Positions 25,131 through 38,233 are shown, counted from the whole stretch's first letter. The stretch is 63,454 nt of DNA, filler included, from Octopus bimaculoides (GCF_001194135.2; 6 parts of 5 records of this genome joined end to end with filler, not necessarily neighbours in it); one strand, 5' to 3'. Made by a program: numbers and translations. The notes: generated by a model not told the origin, from the letters alone.

Positions 25131-25687
25131 TTATACAATGAGGACGGTAAAAAAAACAATCTCTTACACTGAACTGACGAAACAAACTTCAGTAAAGATG
25201 AAACTTCTCTGCACTCTGACTAGGAAAAACTTGTGCGAATCTGTACGCCTTCACTATACTACTTTTTACTAGAATCTACAAATCTTCAAGAACTCGCCGT
25301 ACACATCCGATCGTGTTGGATGCCCGTCGTAGAAAAGCGGCCGGTCAAAAGATTTGAATTTTACATGACGTCTCTTCTCCCTCATGTCCAGTGTCCTGGT
25401 GTCTCATTTCAATGCCGATTTAACTATCCTACACGCCCCCGATCGAAAGATCACTTCACTATCCTTTCATTCTATTTCAAAGTCGTCCATCTACCCGGGT
25501 GGACGTTACTCTCTTTGTGATCTCCGCAAGGTTGTGAGGCTGGCCTCTCCCTCTCCTTTCCCCATTTCACGCCTTTCAACACAGCGTCCACTTCAGCTAC
25601 ATTGATGGACATGCTCAACTGGTTAAGGTCAAGCAACTGAGAAGCAAATCTGTGGTATTGCGCAGAATATTTGCTGTAACTCATCTT

Positions 25688-25907
25688 TTTAAGGCGGCGA
25701 GCTGGCAGAATCGTTAGCACACCGGGTGTTTCGTATGTCGCTACATTCTGAGTTCAAATTCCGCCGAGGTCGACTTTGCCTTTCATCCTTTCGGGGTCGA
25801 TTAAATAAGTACCAGTTACGCATTGGGGCCAATGTAATTGATTTAATCCCTTCTCCTAAATTTCAGGGCTTGTACCTACAATAGAGAGGACTATTATTAT
25901 TATTATT
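25688..25907 (+). mobile_element. SINE of a second family (aaggcggcgagctggcagaatcgttagc head) with (TTA)n tail
   Basis: Same family at 28060-28245, 28760-28935(-), 32790-33071, 36980-37730, 46560-46680(-) and 53610-53713. Confidence 0.8.
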
Positions 25908-26313
25908 GTTCAGTAGTTTTATTTTTATAACGTGCTTTCACTTCACTACCGAGCGCAGCTCTGTGTGCCTTGGGTATGTGCTGTGGTTTGCTGTGATGCT
26001 CTTATGGTTACTGTATTGAAAGTGTTTTGCGTAGGATGTGTGCAGTGCCCAGTAGTGCAATTTTCTGTATGTTAAGTCCTGGTGTTTTTGTTATGTATTT
26101 GTCTGAATATTTTTTATTATACCTAATGCACCTACTATGATACGAATCGTTTCTGTTTTTAGATTCATATTCGAGTTACCTCTATTTCCAGGTCTTTGTA
26201 TTTTGAAAGTTTTTCCATTTCTTTTAGGGAAACGTTGTCATCTGCTGGTATTGATACATCAATTAGAAAGCATTTTTTTCTTCATGATCTTTGACAACTA
26301 TATCTGGTCTATT
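25908..26313 (-). mobile_element. Dong/R4 LINE 3' end (restriction-like endonuclease domain) ending in (TAA)n
   Basis: NRPDIVVKDHEEK..FLIDVSIPADDNVSLKEMEKLSKYKDLEIE..IIVGALG..IQKIALLGTAHILRKTLSIQ* (PD-(D/E)xK RLE). Confidence 0.88.
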
Positions 26314-26413
26314 NNNNNNNNNNNNNNNNNNNNNNNNNNNNNNNNNNNNNNNNNNNNTTAATTAATTAANNNNNNNNNNNNNNNNNNNNNNNNNNNNNNN
26401 NNNNNNNNNNNNN

Positions 26414-27780
26414 TCCCACATTATTAGGCAAATCCAGCTTCTCTCAATAAATAAATGTATATTCGTTCAAAAACAGTTGTTTTCCCACTGACTGTTGGCA
26501 ACATCTATCTGCGCACATTCTGTTAAATAAATCAGATCTGTGCAGACGCCAACAAATGGCAGCCATTTTGTGATTGGGCAACATTTTCACCGTCACAAAT
26601 TATTAGGCAAGTATAATAAAAATAATAATTGTATCAGAACAAACATGTATTTAATTCAACAGTAAAGGTTTAACAAAAAATTATTCATAAAGGACTTAAT
26701 GGTAAAAATAATAATACGTTCGAATCAAAATGATCATGGGATTATGATGTCATACAGCTCCTAATGTTTGATGTATGATCCTCCACATGCAACAATCTTC
26801 CTTACGCGCTGATCCATTGAATTTGTCAAGGTGATGATATCTTCTTCTGTCCTGCTTTGAGCAATATCTACAATAACATCCCAGAGGGTAACTTTACTTG
26901 AAAACTGTCATCCATCTTGATAAACGCGATTCTTCAAGACACTCCACAGATTCTCGATGGGGCTTAAGTCAGGAGAATAAGGTAGCCACTCCATCAAACG
27001 ACCTTCAGAGAAGCCTATTTGCTGCAGGTATTCCATAGAATCCTTCGCTGCGTGAGACGGGGCATTATCTTGCATAAAGACCAGCTTTTTCTTGAATGAA
27101 AGTTTTTGATTTTTGAACCACGATTGGAAATTTAAGAAAGTAACATGTTTTCGATGTCATCGTAATGCCATCTGGGACTTTCCATGACCCGACCATCATA
27201 CCACCAACGACGCCAGCCCAAAACTTGACCCCACCTCCCACCTGTTGGCGTCTCAAATAAGAACAGTTCCCGCTGATTGATACCCAACCTTTACTCCAGC
27301 CATCTAGTCCGTCAAGGGTAGCACAGCATTCATCAGTGAACAGAACAGTTGAAAAATCTATCTTCATGTCTTCTTCTGCTCATTTAAGTCTCTTCTACTT
27401 ATGAACAGCTTTCAGAGGGGTCCTTGTAACAGGTTTAATATTCCTGGCTACCTGCTTCAAGAGGCGACATCTGATAGTTTTCGATACCTCTTCCCTGCTA
27501 CAATGTTTGAAGACGTCTCTACTTGTCAGACATGGGTTCCGCACAACTTCCCTTTTCACACGTGACAAAGTACGATTCGAAGCAACCCTCGAGTTGCCCT
27601 TGTCTGCCCTCGACCGGACAGAAATAGTGATCTCTTCCCAGTGTTTTGGATATTTCTATGGATGTTTTTCCTTTTCCAAGCTCTGACACAATGGTAGACT
27701 TCTCATTCGAGATTATTTGTTGGCCAGCATGATGTCTATAAGTAAGTAATAAGATTTGCATATGAGGTTACACTAATCGG
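26414..27780 (-). mobile_element. Tc1-like transposon with DD37E catalytic spacing (TRT-like), disrupted transposase 26761-27730
   Basis: HTH IVSELGKGKTSIEISKTLGRDH; VLFTDEC.ATLDG.DGW; QDNAPSH..SPDLSPIENLW with 37 residues between D and E; repeated ttattaggcaa motif at 26421 and 26601; frameshifts and stops. Confidence 0.85.
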
Positions 27781-28059
27781 CTGCTAAACTCGGCAGAAGT
27801 TTCATTTCTTCAATATTATTCTTTAAGATAAAGCCGATTCTAATGAAAATTAGTTGTTAAATGGTTACTCAATCCCGAAGATGTCAGTTCTGGGAGCTCC
27901 ATTTCTATTAAGATGATCAATCACATACCCCTAATAGCAAGTTTAAATGCGAGCATGATGGAATATTTGTGGGGATGTTTCTTCATACTTGAGCACAGAA
28001 AGCAATATTCAGCTGAATTTTTATAAAGTCTTCATTGCACTTTTAATATGCGACCGTGG

Positions 28060-28245
28060 TATGGCGGTGAGCTGGCAGAATCGTTGGCGCGTCGTGCAAA
28101 ATGCTTAATGACAGTTTGTCCGACTTTACGTTCTGAGCTCAAATTCCGCCGAGGTCGACTTTGCCTTTCATCCTTTCAGGGTCGATAAATTAAGTACCCG
28201 TGATGCAAAACTTCAGGCCTTATGCCTATAGTAGAAAGGAATATG
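28060..28245 (+). mobile_element. SINE (second family)
   Basis: Similar to 25688-25907. Confidence 0.75.
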
Positions 28246-28759
28246 CGACCGTGATGCTTGTTGCAAAGGAACAGCTAAAATTCACACACACACACACACA
28301 GATACTCACACATGTATGTATGTATGTTTGTATGTATATGTATGTGCGTGGGGAGAGAGAGAGAGAGAAAGAGAGAGAGTGTGTGAAAGAGGGATAGAGT
28401 ATCGTAAAGCATATACTTATGTAATACAGATTGTTAACATTAATTGATATAGAAGTCTATACTATACTTGAAGTAGAGTGGAAAGATATGTTTATTATAT
28501 CAAAAGTAACAATTTACTCGAATTTCGCTTCACGAATGATCACGAGGTGAAACCTAAGTAAACTATCACTCTTTGATAAAACAAGCTTGAATACTTACGT
28601 ACGCACATACTTAAATGTATATATACGTACACACACACTTACATATACGTATGCATACATAAATACATACATACACACACACACATCATTTTTCTTTCTT
28701 TATAAATCCACTCAGTTAATATTGATTCCTGATGTTGATTTCAAATTTTGGCACAAATC

Positions 28760-29070
28760 CAGTAAATTCGTGGATGGAGTGAGTCGAATACATCAACCTC
28801 AGTGCTGAACTAATACTTATATTATCGACCCCGAAAGGTTGAAAGGCAAAGTCGGCCTCAGAACGTAATGACGAATAAAGTGCCGCTAAGCATTTTGCGC
28901 ACCGTGCTAACGAGTCTGCCAACTCACCGCCTTATTGATTCCTGATATTGGTTTCAAACTTTGACTCCAGGCCAGCAATTTTGGGGAGGGGCAAAGTCGA
29001 TTACGTCGACCCGGTACTCAACTGGTGAGCATTTTACCCGGCCTGCTAACGATTCTGCCAGTTCGTTGCC
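28760..29070 (-). mobile_element. Two partial SINE copies (second family)
   Basis: Reverse complement of the head and body. Confidence 0.7.
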
Positions 29071-30243
29071 TATATTGATTACTAATGTTGATACTAGAAT
29101 ATGGATGTAGCTGTTTTAATGAATCACAGTATTTGTCTTATGCTTATTTTCAAAGTATTTGAACTCACATCTTGAAAGAATTGTAGCTAAATCCTTGTTC
29201 GAATAACCTGCCTCCAAATATTAACATCACTATTGCTGCACCAATTCCAGATAGACTAAATAGGAGACTGGATCTTACTGACTTAGAGAATCATTTAGCT
29301 TTCTGAAACTAGAACTTGTTAGAAATATTAATCTACGTTAATATAGGTAACAATCCAAAAGTCTTGATACGGTACACTAATCTAAAACTCCTGATATTTT
29401 ACACTAATCTGCGATTTCTTACTAAATCCTTTCAATTACGTAGTTGTGCTAAACTAAAAAAAATCTAACCTAAAATGCATGTTGTCTTAAACCTTTAATT
29501 CTATAAGCTGTTAAAATAAGTACAAATCTTAAATTAGAGTGAATTTAACCGAAAATATATTTCCTCCCCGTGTGTTACTTTTGTAATGCGATTTTGTAAG
29601 AAATCACTATTTCAACATACTTTTGTTACAAATTATGATATATTTTTCTTTGGATTATTATCTTCCAAAAGACCAAATCCAATGCAAAACATTGATTATA
29701 AGTATGATTGTTTTATATCACATACATGTTTTTATATTTGTACACAAGATTTTATTAAATTTGAGCTAAAAAAAAAAAAAAATTAAATTCTCAATGATCT
29801 GAAACAAAATAAAATGAGATTTATTGAATGATGTAAAAAAATTTAAAAAATATATTTCAGTAGGTTTTTAAATTTTTGCAGTTGAATAAAATATCAATTT
29901 AGTGTAATGTCAGCAAAAAAATACGTAAGTAAAATTCATCTAAAGAAAGAAAAGAAGAAAGAAAGATGAAAAGCAGTTGTTTTCAGTCTTAACGTCATAC
30001 TAAAAACTAACGTAAACAATTTATGCAAACATCTGTTTGTTCCAACATCACCCCACCCAGACATGTTGCAGTCATGACAACAAAACATGAATGAAAAACT
30101 GTCAGAAAGTAAAGCATAGCTGGAATCGCACAAATATATATGATACGTGCCTCGGGTACTTGAACCAAACAAGCATAAAAATAAATAAAATACTGACAAA
30201 ACCCAATAGCGGTCATGTAACATTTCGTATTGCGATGCGTCGG

Positions 30244-30383
30244 ATTGGAGGTCGAAGGGCGGGGAGAAATATGTGAACGCTACAATTTCGGTGCGTCCTC
30301 CCACACGTTTGCAAGATATTTTGTTTCCTTTATACCACCCATTTAAAGAGTGATTAGCAACAGCATGAAGTTGTCTATATAAA
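30244..30383 (+). promoter_or_regulatory. Candidate core promoter of the vWA gene
   Basis: ATTGG (reverse CCAAT) at 30244, GGGCGGGG at 30257, TATATAAA at 30376-30383, 113 bp upstream of the ATG. Confidence 0.45.
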
Positions 30384-30495
30384 TGCTGCTTTCGTAGCTT
30401 ATACACCATTATATACCGGCATTCAGAAGCATTAAAGACGTGAACGTTCAGGAAAAATGCTTACGACATCTTTTCGTGCAAACTCCGGCAATAAC

Positions 30496-30555
30496 ATGAG
30501 CTTCATAGGACGACATCGAATAGTATTTCAACTAACCGTCCTCACTTTACTCTTT
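30496..30555 (+). CDS. vWA/mucin-like secreted protein, exon 1 (signal peptide)
   Basis: MSFIGRHRIVFQLTVLTLLF; donor TTT|gtaagt, phase 0. Confidence 0.75.
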
Positions 30556-30568
30556 GTAAGTAATTAAT

Positions 30569-30685
30569 TCTTCTTCTTCTTCTTCTTCTTCTTCTTCTTC
30601 TTCTTCTTCTTCTTCTTCTTCTTCTTCTTCTTCTTCTTCTTCTTCTTCTTCTTCTTCTTCTTCTTCTTCTTCTTCTTCTTCTTCT
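30569..30685. repeat. (CTT)n microsatellite at the start of intron 1
   Basis: Direct reading. Confidence 0.95.
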
Positions 30686-31099
30686 CAGTACTCATATTTT
30701 TATTACCGATTTTTACTGCACTACCAGAGTGCAGTTTTGTGCGCTTTAGGTACTATGAGTGCTTTCATTTTTTTTGTTTTGAATTTTGCGTTTTCTATCG
30801 TATTAACAATTCTTTACGTAAAATGTATGCATTACTCAGTAGCGCTGCTTTTTGTATGGTGTGCATATTTGTAAGTGCTGGGGTTTGGGTTAGTCATCTG
30901 TCTGAATTTGTTTTTAAGTATCCCCAAGGTACTTGTTGATGTTGTGTTTGTCTTCATCATCCAGATGTCTTTTTTGTTGTTTTTTTTAGTTTCCCACTCT
31001 CGTTATCTCTGTTTTCAGATCTTAATATCTGGACAATTTTTCCATTGCCATTTATTTCTTTTATGTATGTCGCTTGACCGAGAGATAAATGAAGATGCC

Positions 31100-32000
31100 T
31101 AGGCCAGACTTAAATCAAATTTAGGCCAGTGTGATTTAGAAATGGACTTTAAAAAATCTATCTCAGTGAGGTTGGGTACTTTTTCCCAGAAAATATGACC
31201 AGAACGGATTGAATGCGTTTCTGCTTCTTGAGAACAAGACATATTGTGCAGTGCATATGACCCATATGCTGCCAATGACAAGACCAAGGGGACGCTGTGG
31301 CTAAAATGTGTAAGCGCACATATGTAGAGATTCTTGGAATGTGAGAACGGTGAACAGATGTGGTCGACGATCGTGCAATACGACTTTCTACAGATTATCT
31401 CTTATCCTGCTGTGGTATTGGATGAAGTGCAGTCGGAGGTGGGCTTTCCGCATCCTGGATGTTACCAGACATTCACTACACTCAACCAATCAACTGAACA
31501 ATATAGGCAAAAGATATCTAACCCTTGAATTTTATAGGAGGTTAGTGGAAGGTCTGAGTTATAATTCAGGACATGGACGAGGACAATCTCAGTAGTCATT
31601 TTTGGAGCACTTTCAAGTTGGATATTATGGAAAATTTCCAGAAATTTTAAGCCTGACAGTGCTACGGAAGGTTTTTGGTCCTTCGCAATAATCATAACAG
31701 ACACGGTCGCATTCGAGCCATCAGCAACTAATCATGTCCAAGACACTGGTAGAATGATGAAACTATCCAAAATACACTGGTCTAGATATACCGGGCACCG
31801 TTGATATGTAGGCTTATATCAAACAACTATTATCACGCAAAGGATGGACCCAGCTATCAGGCTCGTCTGTCATGAAGATCGGACCTCTTCCTTCCTGGCA
31901 GAATCAGTTGAAAGTTTTGAGTACAGAGCTTTTCTCAATACATCAATTCTTACCAATTTCTTCAAGTACCACTTAAATAGGAAGGTTAGTCTAGAGAAGA
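31100..32000 (-). mobile_element. Highly decayed LINE, probably CR1-like
   Basis: Weak RT-region peptides (KALYSKL; RKAHLRLHF); relatively GC-rich; no intact ORF. Confidence 0.35.
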
Positions 32001-32159
32001 GCCAGGGTAGCAAAACTGGCATAGGTAAATGACCCACTCTAAGTGTGCGGCTACAGGTTTGCTGGAAGGATTGAGAAAAGCATTTGTCTTTAAGACATTA
32101 AGGTAGTCAATGGTCGCATTTATCTTTTTTCTTTGCTCGTTTCATTCAAGGAACTGTAG

Positions 32160-32580
32160 CCATGCTGGAGCACCACCTTGAAGTGTTTCATCAAACAAAT
32201 CAACTCCGCTACTTAGTTTTTAATCCTGGTACTTATTTTATTAGTCTTTTTCTGCCGGGACATAAACAGACCAACATCAGTTGTCAAGCGGAGGTGGAGA
32301 ACAAACACATGTGCAAAAATACACACACACACACACACACAAGCATACACGCATACACGCACACTCACACACATACATACACATTCAGACACAAACACAG
32401 TCACAGACACAAACAGACACACACACAAACACACATATGACGGGCATCTTTCTGTTTTCGTCTACTACATTCACTCACAAGGCTTTGGTCGATCGAAGGC
32501 TATAGTAGAAAACACTTGCCTAAGGTGCCCAGCTGTGGGACTGAACCCAAAACTACATAGTTGGGAAGCAAACTTGTTAT
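32160..32580 (-). mobile_element. tRNA-derived SINE with internal (CA)n
   Basis: Same architecture as 21023-21380. Confidence 0.8.
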
Positions 32581-32789
32581 CAGACAACGACACTTGACAT
32601 AACTCACTAAGTGTAGCTGTTTTCTTTCTTCTTGGAATAGTTTTATTCTCTATTGTAATTGCTATTCATTATCTATCTGTTAATATGCCTTTATTTTTAT
32701 AGTCGGCCTGCTCCTTTACTCGATGTAAATTGCAGCAGTTCTTTTTTTTTTTTTGTACTGTCCCCATTGTGGCGAGCTAAAGGAATAAC

Positions 32790-32995
32790 ATGCTGGCAGA
32801 ATCATTAGCACGCCGGGCAAAATGCTTAGCGGCATTTCGCTCATTGTTACCCTCTGAGTTCAAATTCCGCCGAGGCCGACTTTGCCTTTCATCTTTTCGG
32901 GGTCGATAAATTAAGTACCAGTTAAGTACTGAGGTCGATATAATCAACTAGTCCCCTCCCCCAAAATTTCAGGCCTTGTGCCTTTAGTAGAAAGG

Positions 32996-33071
<76 letters not shown>
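32790..33071 (+). mobile_element. SINE (second family) with a long (TTA)n tail
   Basis: Head, body and ggccttgtgcctttagtagaaagg-(tta)n tail. Confidence 0.8.
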
Positions 33072-33074
<3 letters not shown>

Positions 33075-33350
33075 TACTTTGTTGCAAGTTTCTATTATAC
33101 CAACTGGTGCACGTTTCTGTTCCAGAAATGTGTGCAGAATTGCATTTCGGAATGTAGAATTCTGTTTGTACTCTAAATTAGCTTTGTACTCTAAATTAGC
33201 TTTGTACTCTAAATTAGTTTCTTGTTACTGGTGCTAAGTTTTGTATGTTGTGTAGAGTATATGTAATCTAAGTTGTGTTATTTTCCCCTGTAATCATTAT
33301 GCTGCGTATGTGATATGTGACTGGTGTTATGTGTTTTAATGTGTTTTGAT
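33072..33350 (-). mobile_element. 3' end of an unclassified retroelement related to 52990-53400
   Basis: Shared aaaca.aattctaca..aaatg...gtgcacc.g.tg...aataga block; terminus ACTGAA-(TAA)n; internal 19-bp triplication. Confidence 0.45.
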
Positions 33351-33655
33351 GGCAGGCGGTAGTGAAGGCGCGTGCCTTGGTGCTTATGATATTCGGCTCA
33401 CGATCGTAAGGTCGTGAGTTCGATTCCTAGCGGCGCGTTGTGTCTTTGAGGAAGACACTTTGTTGCTCTAGGTCACTCAGCTAGCAAAAATTTGTAGTAG
33501 CTGTAGCTCAAAGGGCCAGCCTCGTCCCATTCTGTGTCACGCTAAGTCTCCCTGAGAACTATGTTAAGAGTGCGAGTGTCTGTGGAGTGCTCAGCCACTT
33601 GCACGTTAATTTCACGTTGATCAGCTCAACTGGAGCCTGTAATCGACGTGGTGCT
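33350..33655 (+). mobile_element. tRNA-derived SINE (third family)
   Basis: B-box gagttcgattcc; body gtctgtggagtgctcagccacttgcacgttaatttcac shared with 54160-54498(-). Confidence 0.75.
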
Positions 33656-33692
33656 ACATACACATGCATGCATATGTATGTATGTATGTATA

Positions 33693-34350
33693 TCATTAAT
33701 CAGTTTATTTCAAGATTTCTTGCCAATAGAGAAAAAAACCCGGTTCCTAACCTAGATCCAAGGCTCCTTCATTGGGATTTCAATATCAACAACAGCGTAT
33801 TTTTGTATGTATGCATGCATGTATGTATGTATTATGCGTGTATGTATGTATGTGTGTGTGTATGTATGTATGTATGTATGTATGTATGTGTGTGTATGTA
33901 TGTATGTATGTATTTATGTATTTATGTATATGCAGATTTGTATATTTTATGTATGCATTCTCATGCACATAGTTGCATATCTAGACATACTCATATATGT
34001 TTAAGTGATAAATTTCTGGAAAGTTTTACAGATTTTTAGTTCCAGTGATAGATCGGATCAGTAGTCTTCGAATTAGCTTCCTGCTTTCTGGTTTTGAGAA
34101 GCCTAGTTTCTCAAGATTGGTATTTAGACAGTGTGTTACATATCCCAGGGCTCCAATAATTACATGTATAAACCTGAACTTGTAATCTGGATAGAGTAAC
34201 TGCAGATTTCTCAACAGTTCAGCATAGGTGTTCTCTTTTTCACTGATCTTCAGCTTTATGCTAACATCCGCCGAGCAGCTAATTTCCACAACTGCGCAGT
34301 TTCTCTTCTCTATCCCAAATCATTATATCAGGTCTGTTTTGCTTACATTT
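33693..34350 (-). mobile_element. 5'-truncated RLE non-LTR retrotransposon (R4-like) embedded in (TATG)n
   Basis: RPDIMIWDREEKL..VVEISCSADVSIKLKISEKENTYAELLRNLQLLYPDYKFRFIHVIIGALG; both ends abut (TATG)n. Confidence 0.8.
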
Positions 34351-34393
34351 TATGTATGTATGTATGTATGTATGTATGTATGTAGTATGTATG

Positions 34394-34515
34394 TCATTAT
34401 TCAGTTTTATTTCAAGATTTCTTGCCAATAGAGAAAGGGCCGGTTTCTAACCTATATCCAAGGCTCCTTCATTGCAATTTCAACTACATCAACAAGGTAT
34501 TTTATATGTATATGT
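34394..34515 (-). mobile_element. Second, very short 3'-end copy of the same RLE element
   Basis: Near-identical to 33693-33805; preceded by (TATG)n. Confidence 0.8.
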
Positions 34516-34554
34516 GCAGAAATGATTGATTACCTCTCTCTCTCTCTCTCTCTG

Positions 34555-34609
<55 letters not shown>

Positions 34610-34739
34610 GAATATATTTGTATATATATCTGTGTGTGTGTGTGCGTGAGTGTGTATGCATAAATGTATATATAGGAATGCATGTGTACGAGCATATATA
34701 TGTAGTATGTAAATGTATGTGTACGTATATATGTATATG

Positions 34740-34797
<58 letters not shown>

Positions 34798-34801
<4 letters not shown>

Positions 34802-35657
34802 GGGCTGGCCAAAATTAGTGCCCCAACTTGAGTTTTTGAAAAATAATACATGAAATGTAACGAAAATGAAAACAATGAACATGTAATACACCTACAAATT
34901 TTACACGAAACACGAAGAGAACATGAATTTGACAATCTAAAACATACTCTCCTTCATTTTTTACAATGCGCTTCCATCTATCTGGTAGACTTGTAAAGTT
35001 CCTCTTCCAAAATTCACTTGTCCGTGACGAAAAATACCCCTCCAGTACCGTTCTGACCTCGCCTACAGAACTCATCTATTTTCTGTCCAAATGATTTTGA
35101 AGACTGCTGAATAAATGATAATGTGATAAGGCAATGTGGGTGAAAATGGCGGGCGAGGCATCGTTTTCCATTCAAACTGCTCCAGCCTTTACAATGCCTT
35201 CCTCGCTGTATGTGGCCGAGCATTATCCTGATGGAAGGACACCTTTCGTCTTGAAACCAAAGATGGCTGTTTTTCTTCTGGCGCTGACTTAAGACGCTCA
35301 AGCTCCTCGCAGTAGATCTCCTTTCTTATCGCTTGGCTTGGACTTAAAAGTTCAAAGTGGAATAAACCTTTCATATCCCATCAAACAGATAACGACACCT
35401 TACAGAGATGAAGACCTTCTTTAGCCTGGGATACCGGTGTTTCTCCTTTCCCAACCCACTTGTTACTTCCATTATAGCTTTGAAAAAATAACTGTTAAAA
35501 TCAAACTGCACTCTTCAAAACTTGCACTAAGAATAAGTTTCAGATAAAGTTACTACCTGCTTTTATAGCAAGTTCATGCAGGTAGTTTATTCCGTTCCCC
35601 TCCGACTTTTAGTTCATGCAATTCAAAAAACTGCATTATTTATGAGATAACCTAATA
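34798..35657 (-). mobile_element. Internally deleted mariner with non-matching termini
   Basis: ATG GAA GTA AC fused to WVGKGETP; WDMKG..FHQDNARPH..PPFSP..LPDRWKRIV. Ends TA-CAGGGCTGGCCAAAA versus GCATTATTTATGAGATAACCTAA-TA. Confidence 0.8.
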
Positions 35658-35723
35658 TATATATATATACATACAAACATACATACATACATACATACAT
35701 ACATACATACATACATACATACT

Positions 35724-35755
<32 letters not shown>

Positions 35756-36979
35756 TAAATACATACACACATATGCATATATAAGCATGTAAACACACAC
35801 ATATACATAAGCATATATAGACACATGCACATAGATATCGCATATATAGCGAAACCAATTTTTTGGTGTAATGAATATGAATTGATGATTCGAGAAATAA
35901 TAATGAAATGTAAAGATGACTAAACAGAAAGGGCATTAGAAGATATATATATGAATATATATATTGACGACCGTATATACATCTGTTAATGTATATCTTG
36001 CTAATCCGGAGTCGGGTTTCTAGCAATCGCAGCAGGAAGCAGCCTTATTTGAAGCTGCTACTTATATAGGAAAGTCGATGAAATATTTAACTTATATATT
36101 AATTCATAAACTAACACCTAACAGTAATGGGAGGAGCCGAAATTATCAAGTAATCTTAAACGATATGTATGATTATATATAGATAAAAAATAAATCTTTA
36201 AAACAATACCTGTAATAAACGGAGTTGAGATTAAAAAACAATTTACAATTAACCAGCAGAAATGATTTTCGTGATAACAGAAATCAAATATCTTGCAAAT
36301 ATGACAAAATTATGTGTGAGTGTTTGTGCGTGTGTGTGTGTATGTATATGTGTGTGTCTAAAGCATCTCAGCAAAGAGCTCCCTTGAGAATTTTCACCAT
36401 GCACTTTTTTTTTTCACTTATTATGGCGGTTTATAAGCAGAGAGGGTAGAGCGACTGTACCTTTCGCACATGTATGATCCTAAGGAAGTTTTAATAGTCC
36501 TTATTACTAAGGATGATAAGGCAGTTAGATGAAAAAAGCAACAAAATACCTTGCGTGATTTTGTTAAGTTCTTTCCGTTCTAAGTTTGAGTTCCTTTAAT
36601 GTGTCCTTTGCCTTTATCTTTTTGGAGCGATAACAAAAACATTAGACAGCTACTGAGGTCCATATGACAACTGCTCCCATGTAGATCAAGTTAAAATTCT
36701 TAAGTTCGGTGATCAATTTAATCGCCTATATCCCACAAATCTGTAGCATGTTTTAGACATTATTTTTACAATTACTACAAGTTTAGATCACAGGATCACT
36801 GGTAAAAGAAGTTAAATTGCATTGCAGTAATTAGTTACGTTCCTCACCGTTGTGTCCACATCTCACCAGAGTTGATTTCCTTTCACCTTGTTGAGTCTTG
36901 ATAAAAATGTTGCAGTCAATACACTGTGTTACCCTCCAAAATATGTGACCAAAGATCTGTATTAAAGATGAGAACTGTG

Positions 36980-37730
36980 GGTGGCAGAATCGGTTGAGCG
37001 TCGGAAAAATTACCTTGATGTATTTATTCAAAGTTTTAACGTTCTTTGTTCCAACCCCACCAAAGTTAAATTTGCCTTTCATATTTCTAAAGTCGACAAA
37101 AAAGTACTTGTCAAATACTGGAGTCAGCATAATCGAATCTTACCCTCCATCCGAATTTGTGCTCATACTGGAATTCATTGTTATCATTATATTACAAGGC
37201 GGTGAACTGACAAAACCGTTAGCAATCGGGCAAAATTCTTGGCGGCATTTCTTCCGGCTTTACAATCTGAGTTCAAATTCTCTGAGATCGACTTTGCTTT
37301 TCACTCTTTTGGTGACGATGAAATAAGTACCAGCAAAGTGCAGTTATCGATGTAATCGACAATTTTAGGCTTTGTGACAATAAAAAAGAGGATAAAACTC
37401 CTTCCCGAGTCTTTTAGACTCATAAGGCTGTTTTCCCAGTTTCTGTGGCATATATCTTTCCCCCACTGGTCTGGACGCCGGTCCGCCGCAGCATTCTTGT
37501 AACTTTAGTAGAAAGGTTTATTGAAGGCAGTGAGTTGGCAGAATCGTTAGTGCGTCGGGCAAAATGCTTAGAGGCATTTTGTCCGTCTTTACGTTCTGAG
37601 TTTAAATTCTGCTGAAGCCGACTTTGCCTTTCATCCTTTCGGAGTCGATAACATAAATACTAGTTGAATACTGGGGTCAATGTACTCGACTTAACCTCTC
37701 TTCCCCAAAATTGCTGTCCTTATCCCATAA
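36980..37730 (+). mobile_element. Cluster of three tandemly oriented SINE copies (second family)
   Basis: ggcagaatc..tagc heads near 36982, 37198 and 37537. Confidence 0.7.
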
Positions 37731-38205
37731 TTTGAAGTTGCGTATTATTATTGCATATTGGAGTGCTCAGTGTTTCCGAAATAGTTACGGGAAAATTTGG
37801 AATTTACCACAACAAAGGGGACACGGGATTGCAAAACACACCTCTTTCAGATCGATATAAATACATTTTAATTTTGCTGAGAAATTTCTTAGCGTAAGAA
37901 AAAGAAATCACTGAGTTCAATTGTATATCATTGGTCACTACATCTAAATAAAAATGGTTAAGAAAGATAATCGAATTCGGTGGATAACAGTAAATATTTA
38001 AATGCTGTGTGAGAGGGATTAGCATAGAAAAACTATTCTCAAGGCATTTCAAGAAAAACCAACCAAATTAGAAGAGATTATAATTGATTTTATGGCCATA
38101 AATTTACATGAATATTATATGCAAAATGTGTGTTCATTAATAAATTTCCAATTCAAATTAAGTTCACAAAATACTAGTGTTATTTTTTTTTTTTTTTATT
38201 GGCAG

Positions 38206-38233
38206 ATTACAGCTTACAGTTATCCAACAAGAC
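38206..38233 (+). CDS. vWA/mucin-like protein, exon 2 (28-nt micro-exon)
   Basis: Long T tract plus ggcag acceptor, donor C|gtaagt; ITAYSYPTR, phase 0 to 1, bridges exons 1 and 3 in frame. Confidence 0.78.

Noticed and set aside
29240-29320. Possible decayed hammerhead or Penelope end (ctgactt-agaga..tttct-gaaactag)
   Set aside because: Core and cleavage site both deviate; too degenerate to support without a family consensus.
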